64,000 nucleotides of DNA from Octopus bimaculoides (lineage: Eukaryota): assembly GCF_001194135.2 (NCBI RefSeq), contig NC_068982.1:18590006-18654005 (forward strand), written 5' to 3'. Below the pieces are notes generated by a model, which searched no databases, was not told the origin of the DNA, and saw only the letters and a program-made list of their open reading frames with translations. The position numbers and the translations under genes were made by a program. How positions within the stretch are numbered: the stretch's first letter is position 1; each line of letters begins with the position of its first letter. This document shows positions 1 through 13,818 of this stretch, piece by piece.

Positions 1-33
<33 letters not shown>

Positions 34-1070
34 GTCTATTTGTCCATCTTCCTCTTTTTCTCTCTTATTCTTATATTTCGCATCACATGCTAGTTTTGAC
101 TATCATTATAATAAATTATATTCTTATGTAGTCAATTATTTGCCTGTTTAATAAAATAACTGTGTGCTTACTTTGACACTCGTTTATGTCCTCCACGGTT
201 ACATTACTCTGCAGTGCAGGTTTATCACACTTTATGTTCTGAAATCTCTTATAGACATCCAATTATTCTAGTACTTTTATATCTATATCTGAAAAAACTG
301 AGATGAAACGTCGAATAAAGAAAATGTTTTAATAGTGTCTGCCAGAAGAATAACATCGAATGATTAACTATTTAAAAACATCTCTCTTCTACTCGCTTAT
401 GCTAAATAAGTGTCTTTAAGGATGCGTTACATACAATATTGCTGCATTCTATTCAACCTGAATACTTTAATTTCATGAAGACATAATTGGAAATCCACTT
501 CATTTGATAATCATAATTTGTCAAATGTCATCATTTATCATTATAAAGATACTCACGGATACATACCCATATGCAGTCCATCAAACTTACACTCTTTATG
601 GCTGTTTATCAAGATCAATATTGACCATTTCCGTTTCTAAACACACTCATCAATGTACACCTTAAATCGGATATAGCTTTGGCTGCTGAATTTAATTCTG
701 CATTTGCGCCTTCCATATCTGGAATAATTCTAAAACAATTTGGCTAGAAAACCGAACGAAAACCTAATCTTCCAATATAAAGGTGACATTACTGTTGTTC
801 AAATTGATCTAGAGCTGTATTTCAATCGGATACCCAGAAAGACTTTGATATAGGTGTGGAGGGATTTGAAGGGAACAATTTGTCATATATGTGTGATATG
901 TGCCTGGTTTTACGTGAAGAATGTCGATTCAATGCAAATTATGATAGTTTGACAAATTGCGATGTCTGTGCTGTAATCTTTTCTCATAAAGTACCACAGA
1001 ATAGATCATCTGGTCCTTTGCACACAAACACACACACACACAAACGCATGTATTCACACACACACACACA

Positions 1071-1102
<32 letters not shown>

Positions 1103-1141
1103 GNNNNNNNNNNNNNNNNNNNNNNNNNNNNNNNNNNNNNN

Positions 1142-1221
<80 letters not shown>

Positions 1222-2554
1222 CATACTTAAATGGGAGGATTTTTTCTCGAGCTATTTTTTTCTACTAGACGTCCGAAAAATCTATATTCGGTTTCCAAAT
1301 TTCAAACGAGTTATAAAACTCAATTAAACAAAATTCAATGATTAAATTAATACATACAAAATATTGAAAGTCGGTCCATTAGTCCATTTAGGGCGATTTG
1401 TACCACTTTTCACGTGCATTATGTATATATATATACAACAATCTTCAGGAAAGTTAGAGTTAAGTTCCCTGCTATCCAATCACTGCAAGGAAGTTTCACT
1501 GACATCAGTTCACCGTAAGGAAACTTTACCTCTAGAAAAGTTTATCGAGGAAGCATATCAGTTGTGTCTCACCATGAATAATTAAAAGAACAAAACTATT
1601 TTATTGAAAAACCAAAACCCCCCAAAAAACTGCGAATTGATAATGGTGAACTTACAGGATATGTTCTACAGTTTACGTGTTACTGTTGCTATTATTTCTC
1701 TTCCTTACTATACAAACATAGAATGGAGCTAACAGAGTAGCCACGATCAAAATATTTCCAACCGTTACCATTAATCTGTTTTGCTCTTCAGATTTTTCAC
1801 TTTAAAGTTCTGTTCAATCCGATCTGATCTTCGATTTTGCCATCCTCCTAACCTTTTTTTTTTTACTCAAGGTACGATGAAGCATGTGTCTAAATAATAT
1901 ACATCCTTCAATATATTTAGCTTGTGGCTGTCATGAAGAAATGATGTTATTTATGTAGCATTATTTTTTGCTGCACCTTTAATTCATTCGTTTTATGTTA
2001 TTTAGATCTATACTAACAGAAAGAACTTAATTCAATGTAGAGCTGATATTACTCCAGGATCAGGAAGCAAATAACTTCCTTCAAGATATCACAAACGAAT
2101 GCTTGTTTTCCACTGGGATCAATATTTCAACTGGATTTGCATTACAGGATTCTTTTATTTCTCCCCTCGCGCGCCATATTTCATGGAAACTAGCAAAGGA
2201 AAATAGCATTACAGGAATATAAAAAAATTGAAACCAATTTCACTCAATGCTTCCGAACGGTGCGCTGAAATTAAATTGTGTCTAATTTCCTTACCTTAAA
2301 AATTCGTTTTAATCCAATATAACGTTTGTAACAAAATACCAATTTTTACATTTTAAAAAAAAATTATTCTTTGGTAGAATATTCAATATAATTATTTATC
2401 GATTTACATATCATTTTCAACTTCAAGCGTAAAAAAGCATATATTATAGTGTACGTCTGCGCAAATATTCGTGTGTTTCCGTGTGTGATTCAATGTTCGT
2501 GTACGCAACTGTCTGTATATTTGAGTAAACATATCTATCCATCTATGTATCAAC

Positions 2555-2601
<47 letters not shown>

Positions 2602-3503
2602 CATACCCCCCACACATACATATATATATATATATATGTGTATATATATATAAATAAATACATATGTGTGTGTATGTATATACATATGTATATGTATATA
2701 TACTTGCATGCACATACTCACACACATNNNNNNNNNNNNNNNNNNNNNNNNNNNNNNNNNNNNNNNNNNNNNNNNNNNNNNNNNNNNNNNNNNNNNNNNN
2801 NNNNNNNNNNNNNNNNNNNNNNNNNNNNNNNNNNNNNNNNNNNNNNNNNNNNNNNNNNNNNNNNNNNNNNNNNNNNNNNNNNNNNNNNNNNNNNNNNNNN
2901 NNNNNNNNNNNNNNNNNNNNNNNNNNNNNNNNNNNNNNNNNNNNNNNNNNNNNNNNNNNNNNNNNNNNNNNNNNNNNNNNNNNNNNNNNNNNNNNNNNNN
3001 NNNNNNNNNNNNNNNNNNNNNNNNNNNNNNNNNNNNNNNNNNNNNNNNNNNNNNNNNNNNNNNNNNNNNNNNNNNNNNNNNNATATATGTTTTCATATAT
3101 GTATGTACATATGCTTAGGTATGTGTTCGCGAAAACAAGCTTGTATTTAGATCTATTTTCATGAGTAAATGCATATATGTGTGTGTGTATGTCTGTGTAT
3201 ACATTTCATAATACTTCTAAAGAACTAAATACAATAACAATTATTACTTTCGTAAATCCCCAATATATTTAATAAAAATTGCATATTATGTCTAACTTCG
3301 TATACTTTTTAAACAAACTTTGTTTCTACACTACCAATAATTTTCTATATATTGAATTATATTTCTATGCATACTTTTATATTATTTTAAATCAAATTAT
3401 TTGAAATATAGGAACACGACTCATTTATTAATTAAAAACAGTCAATAATGATTTCTAAAATCTATGACATGACAAAATATGCATTATATTTATAGTGGTG
3501 GTA

Positions 3504-3540
3504 CGACAACAACAACAACTACTACTACTACTACTACTAT

Positions 3541-3592
<52 letters not shown>
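3504..3592. repeat. (CAA)/(CTA)n microsatellite
   Basis: Directly visible. Confidence 0.95.
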
Positions 3593-4254
3593 GTAATACT
3601 ACATATTACATCGGTAGTGTTGTGTTTAAAAAAATTTTTTAACAATATCGGCGATTGATTTTAACAAAATTATTGTTATTTGACCAGAATTTGAATACTA
3701 AAATTCTGATCAGTTTTAATATATCGTTTTTGAAAAAGTTTTAAGAGAATCGGGTCTCTTCAGCATTAGAATGTATTTTATAGGATGCATAAACGAAAAA
3801 ATTTGTAGTTCTGATTGATATCTTTGGCTTTCCTGGTTTTTGTACATAGTTTTTAGAGTGTCATTTCGTATTGTTCCCAAACTCCGTTGACAGCAGGTAT
3901 ATTTGTTGTTAAATTGACTCCTTGTAGCTAACTTTTTACATACTATTTCAGGAGAGTTGCCTTTACTGTGATTGACATATCTGTGAACAAACATGATTCG
4001 TCAATGTGATTGTTTACCGCAATATCTGGTCTCTTGGCATGAATAACATGACAAGCTCTAAAGTCCCAAAGGACGGTAATATCTTTATTCATTAACACTC
4101 TGCCAGATGTATGTTGCCACCAGTTTTCTCATACAAGATTTCAGACTTACGGCATATAATCCAGCGCAAATATTTACCATTTATATCATGGCAATTTCTA
4201 TATATATTTGAGCGTAATAGAACATTCGAAAATGACGTGGTGACTATTATCTCT

Positions 4255-4410
4255 CTCGTTTCTGAGTTCAACTTCCGCCGAGGTCGACTTTACCTTTCTT
4301 CCTTTAGGGGGTCGATAAATTTAGTACCAGTTGCATACTGAGGGCTGTCTAATCGACTGGCTCCCTCCTCCAAAATTCCGGGCCCTGTGCTTATAGTAGA
4401 AAAGAATATT
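4255..4410 (+). mobile_element. SINE family B copy
   Basis: tctgagttcaacttccgccgaggtcgacttt...ggggtcgataaatttagtaccag. Confidence 0.8.
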
Positions 4411-4583
4411 ATCTCTCGTTACGTCATGAAAGCGTCAGCCAGGTTCAGCACTGTATATAAGATTTCTCACTTGGTAATTTCTGAACGACCGGCACTATCC
4501 CAGAGGTGATATATAATGAAACTGTCTGTCTCTGATTTAAATCCAAATGCAGCCGAAACTTGATGGCTCATATTATTTTTTCT

Positions 4584-5100
4584 TTATAAGTGGCCTATAC
4601 TCCAACGCGGAGTATAGGCCACTTATAATTGAATTCCATGTCGCATAATTTTTCGCTTCTGTACTTATACTCTGTCATGAATGTCCCCCTTTCTCTACGC
4701 CACGAGTTCTTAGGCATACTCCTCTTTCTATATCCATCCGGATTCCACTGTAAAGCGCTTTTCGCTACATTTGGGGTGTCTTTTCTTATTGTGCTACCAA
4801 TCCACTTTCACTTTTTCTTAAATATTTGCACCCAAAACAAAACTTGATTTGTTCTTTGCCATAGCTCCATATTGCTTATGTGTTCGGGCCATCTAATTTT
4901 AAGTATACTACGCCAGCATTTGTTGATGAATGATTGTAATTGCTTATTTGACATAATTGTTGTTCGCCATGTCTTGGCCCCATACAATAGCATTGCTTTT
5001 ACATTAGTGTTAAAAATTCTTATTTTGTTCTTTATTGAAATTACATTAAGATCGCTGTCCATGTAGGGTACTTGCCATGCAATGCCATGTCATTTTATTA
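4584..5100 (-). mobile_element. RTE-clade LINE, 5'-truncated 3' fragment (post-RT region and 3' stem-loop)
   Basis: ORF 4808-5062 gives KIRIFNTNVKAMLLYGAKTWR...INKCWRSILKIRWPEHISNMELWQRTNQ. It continues after a frameshift as WIGSTIRKDTPNVAKSALQWNPDGYRKRSMPKNSWRR, the typical RTE C-terminus. It ends in a terminal stem-loop. Confidence 0.9.
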
Positions 5101-5576
5101 ATTTCGCAGCTCTAAGATAACGTTTGAACTGAATTGCGTGTTTCTTTTTTTTAATATAGTGCCATCTTGTCATAGCACTGTGGTCACCTTGAAGTTTAAT
5201 TCCTTCACATAGCCTTTGATTTTTCTGATACCGAGTACATATATTTTTGTACTTTCGTACTTGTAAGTAATTTTACGAATTCAGTCATTACTGTTATTTA
5301 GATAGGTGATTGCCCTTATAATTGCTGTCGTTAGAGATATTTACAGCTGCATCTATTCATGTCTTTCAACACTTCCTAATAGGTAAAGGCTCCCTGTCTA
5401 CACGTGATTTAGATGAGGCATGTGGTGTAATGTGAGAAGCTTACGAGTTTTGTATCAATTTTACTATCTCACTGATGCACCATTTTATGAACTTACCGTT
5501 GGAGGTATAGCTAAGGTATTCGTTAATTAATCATAGTTCTTGCATTAAATTCGCTCATTAGGATACCTCTAAATCA

Positions 5577-5601
5577 CCTTCTTCTTCTTCTTCTTCTTCT
5601 T

Positions 5602-5632
<31 letters not shown>

Positions 5633-5741
5633 TTCTTCTTCTTCTTCTTCTTCTTCTTCTTCTCACTCATCCTCTTCCATCTCCTCTTCTTCTTCTTCTT
5701 CTTCTTCTTCTTCCTCCTCTTCTCCTTCTCCCTCCCATTCC
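5577..5741. repeat. (CTT)n microsatellite bordering a gap
   Basis: Directly visible. It explains the poly-K/R ORFs. Confidence 0.95.
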
Positions 5742-6044
5742 NNNNNNNNNNNNNNNNNNNNNNNNNNNNNNNNNNNNNNNNNNNNNNNNNNNNNNNNNNN
5801 NNNNNNNNNNNNNNNNNNNNNNNNNNNNNNNNNNNNNNNNNNNNNNNNNNNNNNNNNNNNNNNNNNNNNNNNNNNNNNNNNNNNNNNNNNNNNNNNNNNN
5901 NNNNNNNNNNNNNNNNNNNNNNNNNNNNNNNNNNNNNNNNNNNNNNNNNNNNNNNNNNNNNNNNNNNNNTCTTCTTCTTCTTTTTTCCTCCCCTCTCCCT
6001 CCCCTCCTTCTGCTCATCCCCTTCCACCTCCACCTCCTCTTCTG

Positions 6045-6270
6045 GGTTTGACAGCAATACATTCCATTAAAGTGACACTGATTCACAGATATGCGGAGCC
6101 CAATATACCCATGGTTAAGGGAAAGCATCTGGTTAGCAAATCTATGGTACTGAGCGGAATATCTGTTGTTGGCCACCTTTTATATCAAAGCAACAAGCGT
6201 ACATATTAACATTTCTAATCAGTTAAGATCAAAAGCCACGAGCAACAGTGCCTGGTACTGCATTAGGGAA
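6045..6270 (-). mobile_element. Internally shortened relative of the tRNA-Glu SINE body
   Basis: Shares aaagtgacactg...gcccaatatacccat (3' end) and atcagttaagatca.aagcca.gag....tgcctggtactgcat (5' body) with 48490-48540 and 48950-48998. Confidence 0.7.
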
Positions 6271-6272
6271 TT

Positions 6273-6332
<60 letters not shown>

Positions 6333-7748
6333 TATTATTATTATTACTATTATTCAGAAGGCAGCAGGCTGGCTGTATGTTTAAAACACTATGCTTTTCG
6401 GTGTTTCCTCTGACATTTTACTCTCTGAACTCAAATTATCCTTATTATTGTGCATTACCTACACTGATATCCATCCTTTCGAAGCCTCATTTCTATAGTG
6501 ATGTTCCTGAAATTAAGTTATTTGAAATGGGTATCACATACCTGTGGTTGTTTCAAGTTTTTACATATAGGTTCATTGCTTGACTGGCCTATAACTGTTA
6601 GCGGGATAAGCTAACAATTGTTAACTTCTATGAGGAAATATACTATATGTTAATCTGTTATCTATAAATAATAATATTTCTCAAGTTCTTAATATCTTCA
6701 AAGCTGAGGTTAGCCGTTCCAAATACACAATACATTGTGAAACACAAACAATAATTAAGGAGAAAACTGCATAGATATCTGGACGTTCAGTGTAATAAAC
6801 AATGTTTTATCTGGAGTTTAGCACGTCATTGAGAATTATATTAAAAATAAATTGAAATCAACTTGGATATGAGAATAGAAATAGGCAATTTTCCAAACCA
6901 CTATTTAATATTGTTCTTGAGATCTTATTGATAAACTGTGTATTACAAATGATTCCATGCAACTACAGATTTTTGAGTTATGTCGGTAATTTGCTCAAGT
7001 GATCAATGTGTATTTGGAATGCATTGGCAAGCGACTTTCTAGCAATCCACTCAAATGAATCAGAAAATTCTTTTATGTTCTGGCTATTATCCACTACCAA
7101 TCACTCCCGAGGAACTACTGGATACCACCATCAAAGGAAGAATCAAAGCTATAATATATTTTCAGACAAGTGTCTTGAGAAGACCAAATAGAATATTACA
7201 CACTCCTTTGATTCGTTAATATATTCTGAGAGATATCGTGTCTCTTGATAGAAAGTTTCATTCAAACACTGTTATTAAGTGGTACAAATATCCCTTTGAA
7301 AATATTTCATGGCACAAATAATTTCATGTGTTTTCAGATTTCAACGTTTAAAGCATCTGATAATTGAATGCTCGCTATTCTGTTTCGGAATTCGTATTAT
7401 TAAATGTTGTCACCTGAATGTGATTCATTAATGTACTTCGATGTTTCACAAAACTGCGACAACTTTATTAGCATTCTTATTGTGAGTTCAAAATGCATGC
7501 GGTTCGGATTTCCTTTGTAATATTTCACAGTCGATAAATTAAGTATCAGAAAACCCAGCTGCTTCAGTTGACATCTAAATACAGTGAATTGCTAGAATCA
7601 GTAAAAGCCTTAAGATATCTTACTGTATTTAAGCGCTATGACTGATTAGCAAATGCATTCATATATGAACACACTACGAATAAGAAAGAAACTACGTGGT
7701 TAAGAACCTGGGGTTTGCGGACACCTGGTGGTCGGTAAGGGTAGTCGT

Positions 7749-7971
7749 GGCGGCGAGCTAGCAGAAACGTTAGCACGCCGGGCGAAATGCTTAGCAGTAT
7801 TTCGTCTGCCGTTACGTTCTGAGTCCAAATTCCGCTGAGGTCGACTTTGCCTTCGGGGTCGATAAATTAAGTACCAGTTACGCACTGGGGTCGATATAAT
7901 CGACTTAATACGTTTGTCTGTCTTTGTTTATCCCCTCTGTGTGTAGCCCCTTCTGGGCAGTAAAGAAATAA
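7749..7971 (+). mobile_element. SINE family B, near-complete copy
   Basis: ggcggcgagctagcagaaacgttagcacgccgggcgaaatgcttagc...gagtccaaattccgctgaggtcgactttgcc..ggggtcgataaattaagtaccag. At least six further copies are in the window. Confidence 0.85.
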
Positions 7972-8109
7972 AGGTAGTCGTGAGGGTCGGTAAACTAAAT
8001 TCAAAATTTCATATATATATATATATATATGCATAAGGATAAGCATATTAAAATGGAATCGTGGGAAATCTCATTTAACTAAAAGGGTTGGGAATTTTGG
8101 AACCGGTGC

Positions 8110-9955
8110 ACTAGGCTATCACGCAGACATGCTGTTTGTTTTGCATCTTTCCTCTGGGAACAACGTCAGGTTGTTTGAATGGCCACAATGTGAATCCCTT
8201 CACCGACACGCTATATGTATATTACCAAATTATGTTCTCACATTTACCTATAGCAATTTTGGACAAAAGTAGTTCATTCAAAAAAAAAAAAGAAAAGAAG
8301 AAAATCAACGTAACTTCAACAATAAATGAATCTCGAATCTATTCGATGACGACATATGCTGAATAAAAGGATAAATTTCTCCAGAGACAGCGTCTGAAGC
8401 AAATGTTCTTTCCATGTTAGGAAGTACATTATTTGGTGATGGTGTTGACTACTGTTTGTTAGACTTAAACCTTTGCAGATCAATGCACTTGGTGATTTCT
8501 GCAAAGACATTGTCATAACAGCCCTTATCTCGGTCTCCACACGATACACCATGGAACCAGACAGATTGTGATTCAGAGAGCGATTAGTTGCTCTACAGTG
8601 CTTTAGGATGTGCTTTCGTCTTTGTTATATGTTTTAAGGTTAATTGTTGCTGTCAAGTGGTCATCGAGTGCACTAAGAATGCAAGACAATCTTCTCTGAT
8701 CAGCACTCCAGAGTTTCGTCCAAAACAGTTTGCGCTCGAGTCCCTGGCTCGACATTACCCATTGTCCGTGTTGTGTGAGCCTTCCTGCCACCAACCGGTA
8801 ATCCGCATGTGGTGTATGTCGGATTGTTTGCAAAATGAGATCTCTCTTGGTCATAATACTGGGATTTTACCACCACTAAGCAATGGTGCTGCCGAGTCCA
8901 AGCCATCGTTAACCGATTTCTCCAAGAATCACCATGTGTCTCCAGGATGTTTTTGCATTCTCTAAAGCTTTCTTCGGCCTCTACCTTCTGTAGCACTTTA
9001 TGATCTTGTTGATGTTTCTGATTCTCTCATACTCAGAGAAAAGCAACATGCTAAGTGGGCTAGCCTTTGTGGTTGTGAAGTCTGATATAACTGGCAGGTA
9101 GAACTTAGAGATCTTACTGTAAAGTTTCTCTGAGCTGAATGTTGGCGGCAATTTCCGCCATCTTGCGCGAATTTGCTGCACAGTCTCAACATGTCTTTAT
9201 CCAATTCGTGGCAATGTTGTAAAGTAAATGTGGCCACTGCATTCTTAAAATGATGCTGTACAGGAAGCATCATTCTTTGAACATTACAGGAAGCCGGCTT
9301 TTATAAATTGCCCTAAGTCAGTTGGGGGTTAGTGATTTCGGTATTGACAACAAACGTGTAGATATGAGCGTAATTTTCTCCGAGGCGTCGGTTTCATTTG
9401 TCTTGAATTGATGGAAGCACAGAGCCCTGAATGTTAAATATTTCTCAGCCTGGCTATGAACATATTGAAGCTCCAAGATTTCATTGGATTGAAATATCAT
9501 GCGTAACTATGTGACAATCTTTTCCAGCAAGTGCCGTGTCTACAGCACCCTTTTTCTTCACTACGTCATAACCGTTATATCTCCCATGATGGCCATGCAC
9601 AAAATGTTTTCGTCAGTTTCCCACTCTGGCTGCCACCTTACGTTCGCAATCACCATTATTACCACGCATGATATTGCATACCGTGCCATAATGTCCTCTT
9701 CACGTCTCTGCAATTATATGGTGAAATTTCCCACGATGAACCTCATTGTCAGCGAATCAATATGGGACACTATGAATGTGATTAATTTTGGTGATACTCA
9801 GATAGTACTCCAAGCAGTTTTGAGGTGTTGGTGGGTCGGAGTAAGATCCAAATGTACAACGGTGATTGAGATGTTGTTTCTTCTTTCTCCAAAACAATGT
9901 GGTGGATTGTTGTTGCATTTTGTGTACGGAAACAGAGACACTCGTTCCCCATGCT
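8110..9955 (-). mobile_element. Hero-clade (R2 group, restriction-like endonuclease) non-LTR retrotransposon, decayed ORF
   Basis: Minus-strand translation across frameshifts gives VVHLDL (RT), MRFIVGNFT..LQRREEDIMA, AIMGDITVMT (degenerate F/YxDD at about 9564-9593), SRLPVMFKE*CFLYSIILRMQWPHLLYNI, RWRKLPPTFSSEKLYSKISKFYLP, LWSADQRRLSCILSALDDHL and DNVFAEI. These recall Hero-clade motifs in the correct order. Confidence 0.75.
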
Positions 9956-10444
9956 CACTCACACACACACACACACACACACACACNNNNNNNNNNNNNN
10001 NNNNNNNNNNNNNNNNNNNNNNNNNNNNNNNNNNNNNNNNNNNNNNNNNNNNNNNNNNNNNNNNNNNNNNNNNNNNNNNNNNNNNNNNNNNNNNNNNNNN
10101 NNNNNNNNNNNNNNNNNNNNNNNNNNNNNNNNNNNNNNNNNNNNNNNNNNNNNNNNNNNNNNNNNNNNNNNNNNNNNNNNNNNNNNNNNNNNNNNNNNNN
10201 NNNNNNNNNNNNNNNNNNNNNNNNNNNNNNNNNNNNNNNNNNNNNNNNNNNNNNNNNNNNNNNNNNNNNNNNNNNNNNNNNNNNNNNNNNNNNNNNNNNN
10301 NNNNNNNNNNNNNNNNNNNNNNNNNNNNNNNNNNNNNNNNNNNNNNNNNNNNNNNNNNNNNNNNNNNNNNNNNNNNNNNNNNNNNNNNNNNNNNNNNNNN
10401 NNNNNNNNNNNNNNNNNNNNNNNNNNNNNNNNNNNNNNNNNNNN

Positions 10445-10479
<35 letters not shown>

Positions 10480-11469
10480 TATATATATATATATAAAAAA
10501 TGAACGCCACCCATATCTGGACGAGTCATTTACAATTTTCCGTTGCATAATTAATTTGAACAGGGTATAAATACTGAATAGACATATCGCTAATAATTAC
10601 GCTCGCTATGTGTGGAATATTGCACTTTATTAAACTGAAAACTGCAATTAGTCATAACTGACCCCATTTCACTCATATTCACTTTTCCCATCAGAATAAC
10701 ACAATATATCTGAATTTGTAGTTGGACAACGGTTTCAGAAACATGAATGCATTTGCTGGGTAAGAAATAGATTAATTGCATATGATGAAATATATACTTT
10801 TACCTCATAATACTTGCATACCATTAATTATATTCTCTACAAGGTTTTCTTGAAGGCTAGCGAAAATCAAACCTAAGAGAAGGAAACGAAGTTCTCTAAA
10901 TATTCTCAAGGCAAATCATGCATACTCATGAAGCTTAGAATACAATGTTGTGTGTTCCCATATTTATCTAATCATCGATGTCTTTATATGATTTCCTAAC
11001 TATTTACAAGCCATTCTATATATGTATATGTATATTTACCTATTTATCTGAATATTTATATTTATCTGATTATTTTTCACTCTATATATCTGTTTATTTT
11101 TAAAAAACTCTCTGTTATTGTTACTTTGTCTGTTTTTACAGTTAAGTTTTAGCCTTTAATCTAACAAAAAAATTCAATTATGCTGCATCTAATTTTCGTC
11201 ATTTTGTTATACTTCCACACTACTTTAAACTACTGCACCGATTTAATACACGCAGGGACCTTGAAGATTGCTAAAAATGCAAGAAAGTATACTAGTACTT
11301 TAATATTTAATATTTAATATTTAATATTCAATATTTCATTTATTCAATAAGACAATCAATACTTCATTTCATTTTACTATACCTACTATATATTCTATAT
11401 ATTCTATAGTCTACATTAATATTATAAGAATAAAAATAAAACATAAAAAACAGAGTTGGAATTCTTTTG

Positions 11470-11511
<42 letters not shown>

Positions 11512-11518
11512 TCTTTAG

Positions 11519-11803
11519 TCTTTTACTCTTTTTCTTGTTTCAGTCATTTGACTGCGGCCATGCTGGAGCACCGCCTTTAGTCGAGTGAATCGACNNNNNN
11601 NNNNNNNNNNNNNNNNNNNNNNNNNNNNNNNNNNNNNNNNNNNNNNNNNNNNNNNNNNNNNNNNNNNNNNNNNNNNNNNNNNNNNNNNNNNNNNNNNNNN
11701 NNNNNNNNNNNNNNNNNNNNNNNNNNNNNNNNNNNNNNNNNNNNNNNNNNNNNNNNNNNNNNNNNNNNNNNNNNNNNNNNNNNNNNNNNNNNNNNNNNNN
11801 NNN

Positions 11804-11848
<45 letters not shown>

Positions 11849-11990
11849 TACATATATACGACGGGCTTCTTTCAGATTTGGTCTACCAAATGCACTCACA
11901 AGGCTTTGATCGGCTCGAGGCTATAGTAGAAGGCATTTGGCCAAGGTACCACGCAGTGGGACTGAACCCAGAACCATGTGGCTGGTAAGA
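11519..11990 (-). mobile_element. SINE family A copy spanning an N gap
   Basis: Reverse complement of the 3' end (11519-11594) and the 5' part (11860-11990) of the 41.7 kb element. Confidence 0.85.
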
Positions 11991-13375
11991 ATTCAAAACT
12001 TGCCCTGCTGCATTCTTCAATGTTGCCACAATGCTGGTCTTCACGCAGTCATAGCAACTAGCTTATACAATTTGCCTCATGACTACTCATTTACAAAAGC
12101 CCTTAATCGCAGCTATAACACGCATTAGTTTCGATCAATTGCTATCTCAGTGCTTTGTAAACGTTTAAATCATACTATTATACTACTAACATCTCCCCGA
12201 TTATATAGCTGCCACATATATCCTGGAATCTGTACAGCAAACAAAACCAAGTAGATCTCCAGTTAAGAAATGTTCACTCTTGAAAACTCTATAAGTTGTA
12301 ATTACCACTGTCTCCACTTTCTATATCTATTCTGCAAAATGGCAAAAGCCATGCTAAATTCTACAATTGCTTAAAATCCAACAATCCAACTAGTCTCACT
12401 TGATATTTTTTTGTCCTCTTCTCAGCTGTGTCTCAATGTTAGAATTCGTACAAAATACTTTTTATCAAAATATTTCGCCCTATAAATTCAACCCCGTAGA
12501 ACACATGTCCTTTTCATATTTACCTTCCGGAAATAAACTTTAGATGTCCAAATTGACTACCGTTTTCAACAGTATTTAAAGGTCATTAGTACTATTACGC
12601 CTGCGCTTCTGATGAAGGGAATAAAAGAAATATTCAAACCTACATACTATCGATTTAAAACGTATATAAGCATGATTATATCGTAGGCTGCATGTATTTG
12701 TGCCTATACGTAAATTACACATGTCTTTCTTTCTGTTTAACCTTAAATGATAAAAACGCCGTATTTAGTATAATCGCGTTTCAGATCAATGTAAGCATAA
12801 GCATCGTTCTCCTTCGTTTGGTTCGTTTGTTGCGATTTTGTGTGCCTTTAGTTGACTAGTATTTTTTTTCTTTTTCATGTTTATGTACTTCTGACTGCTG
12901 ACGAGATGAACATATATTACAAGTGAAAGAAAGCACGTATTGATGTAAACGTTAACAGAAGGCAGATAACAAGATAAGAAGTAAGAAAGAAAAATTGAAA
13001 GTTTTGCAAAGCTTGAGTAAAATAGAAGTATCTTCGGATTCGGAAAAAAACCCTGCCAGAATGACAACTAAGAACATAAGAGAAAAAAATCTAAGATATA
13101 TTAAGCAAACAAAGAAGTGAGAAAACAATACAATGGGGAGAAAGCTATACAGGTTAACAGGATAAAACAAAAAAGGAAAGTGTCCAAATTAATTGATTGG
13201 GTAAATGTGAGAGTTTGACACAGCCAATGAGAATGGAAATGAATGTAATCATATGATGAACTCTATAAATAAGATTAGACACATGTGATGCTAGTAAAGA
13301 AACTATGTACATAAATAGATATTACGGTGATACACATAGACATACACACGGATAAACCTATTATGCAGAAGGATG

Positions 13376-13411
<36 letters not shown>

Positions 13412-13777
13412 NNNNNNNNNNNNNNNNNNNNNNNNNNNNNNNNNNNNNNNNNNNNNNNNNNNNNNNNNNNNNNNNNNNNNNNNNNNNNNNNNNNNNNNNN
13501 NNNNNNNNNNNNNNNNNNNNNNNNNNNNNNNNNNNNNNNNNNNNNNNNNNNNNNNNNNNNNNNNNNNNNNNNNNNNNNNNNNNNNNNNNNNNNNNNNNNN
13601 NNNNNNNNNNNNNNNNNNNNNNNNNNNNNNNNNNNTATATATATATATATTTATATATATATACAGGGACGGTCAGATACAGAAAATGAAACAGACGCAT
13701 ATACGTATATACGTATATATATATACACGCATATATAACACACACACACACACACATACACACATATATATGTATAC

Positions 13778-13818
<41 letters not shown>

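Noticed and set aside
9120-9160. LPPT motif suggesting an Academ transposase
   Set aside because: No downstream Cys8 finger, and the flanking peptides fit a Hero-clade RT element instead.
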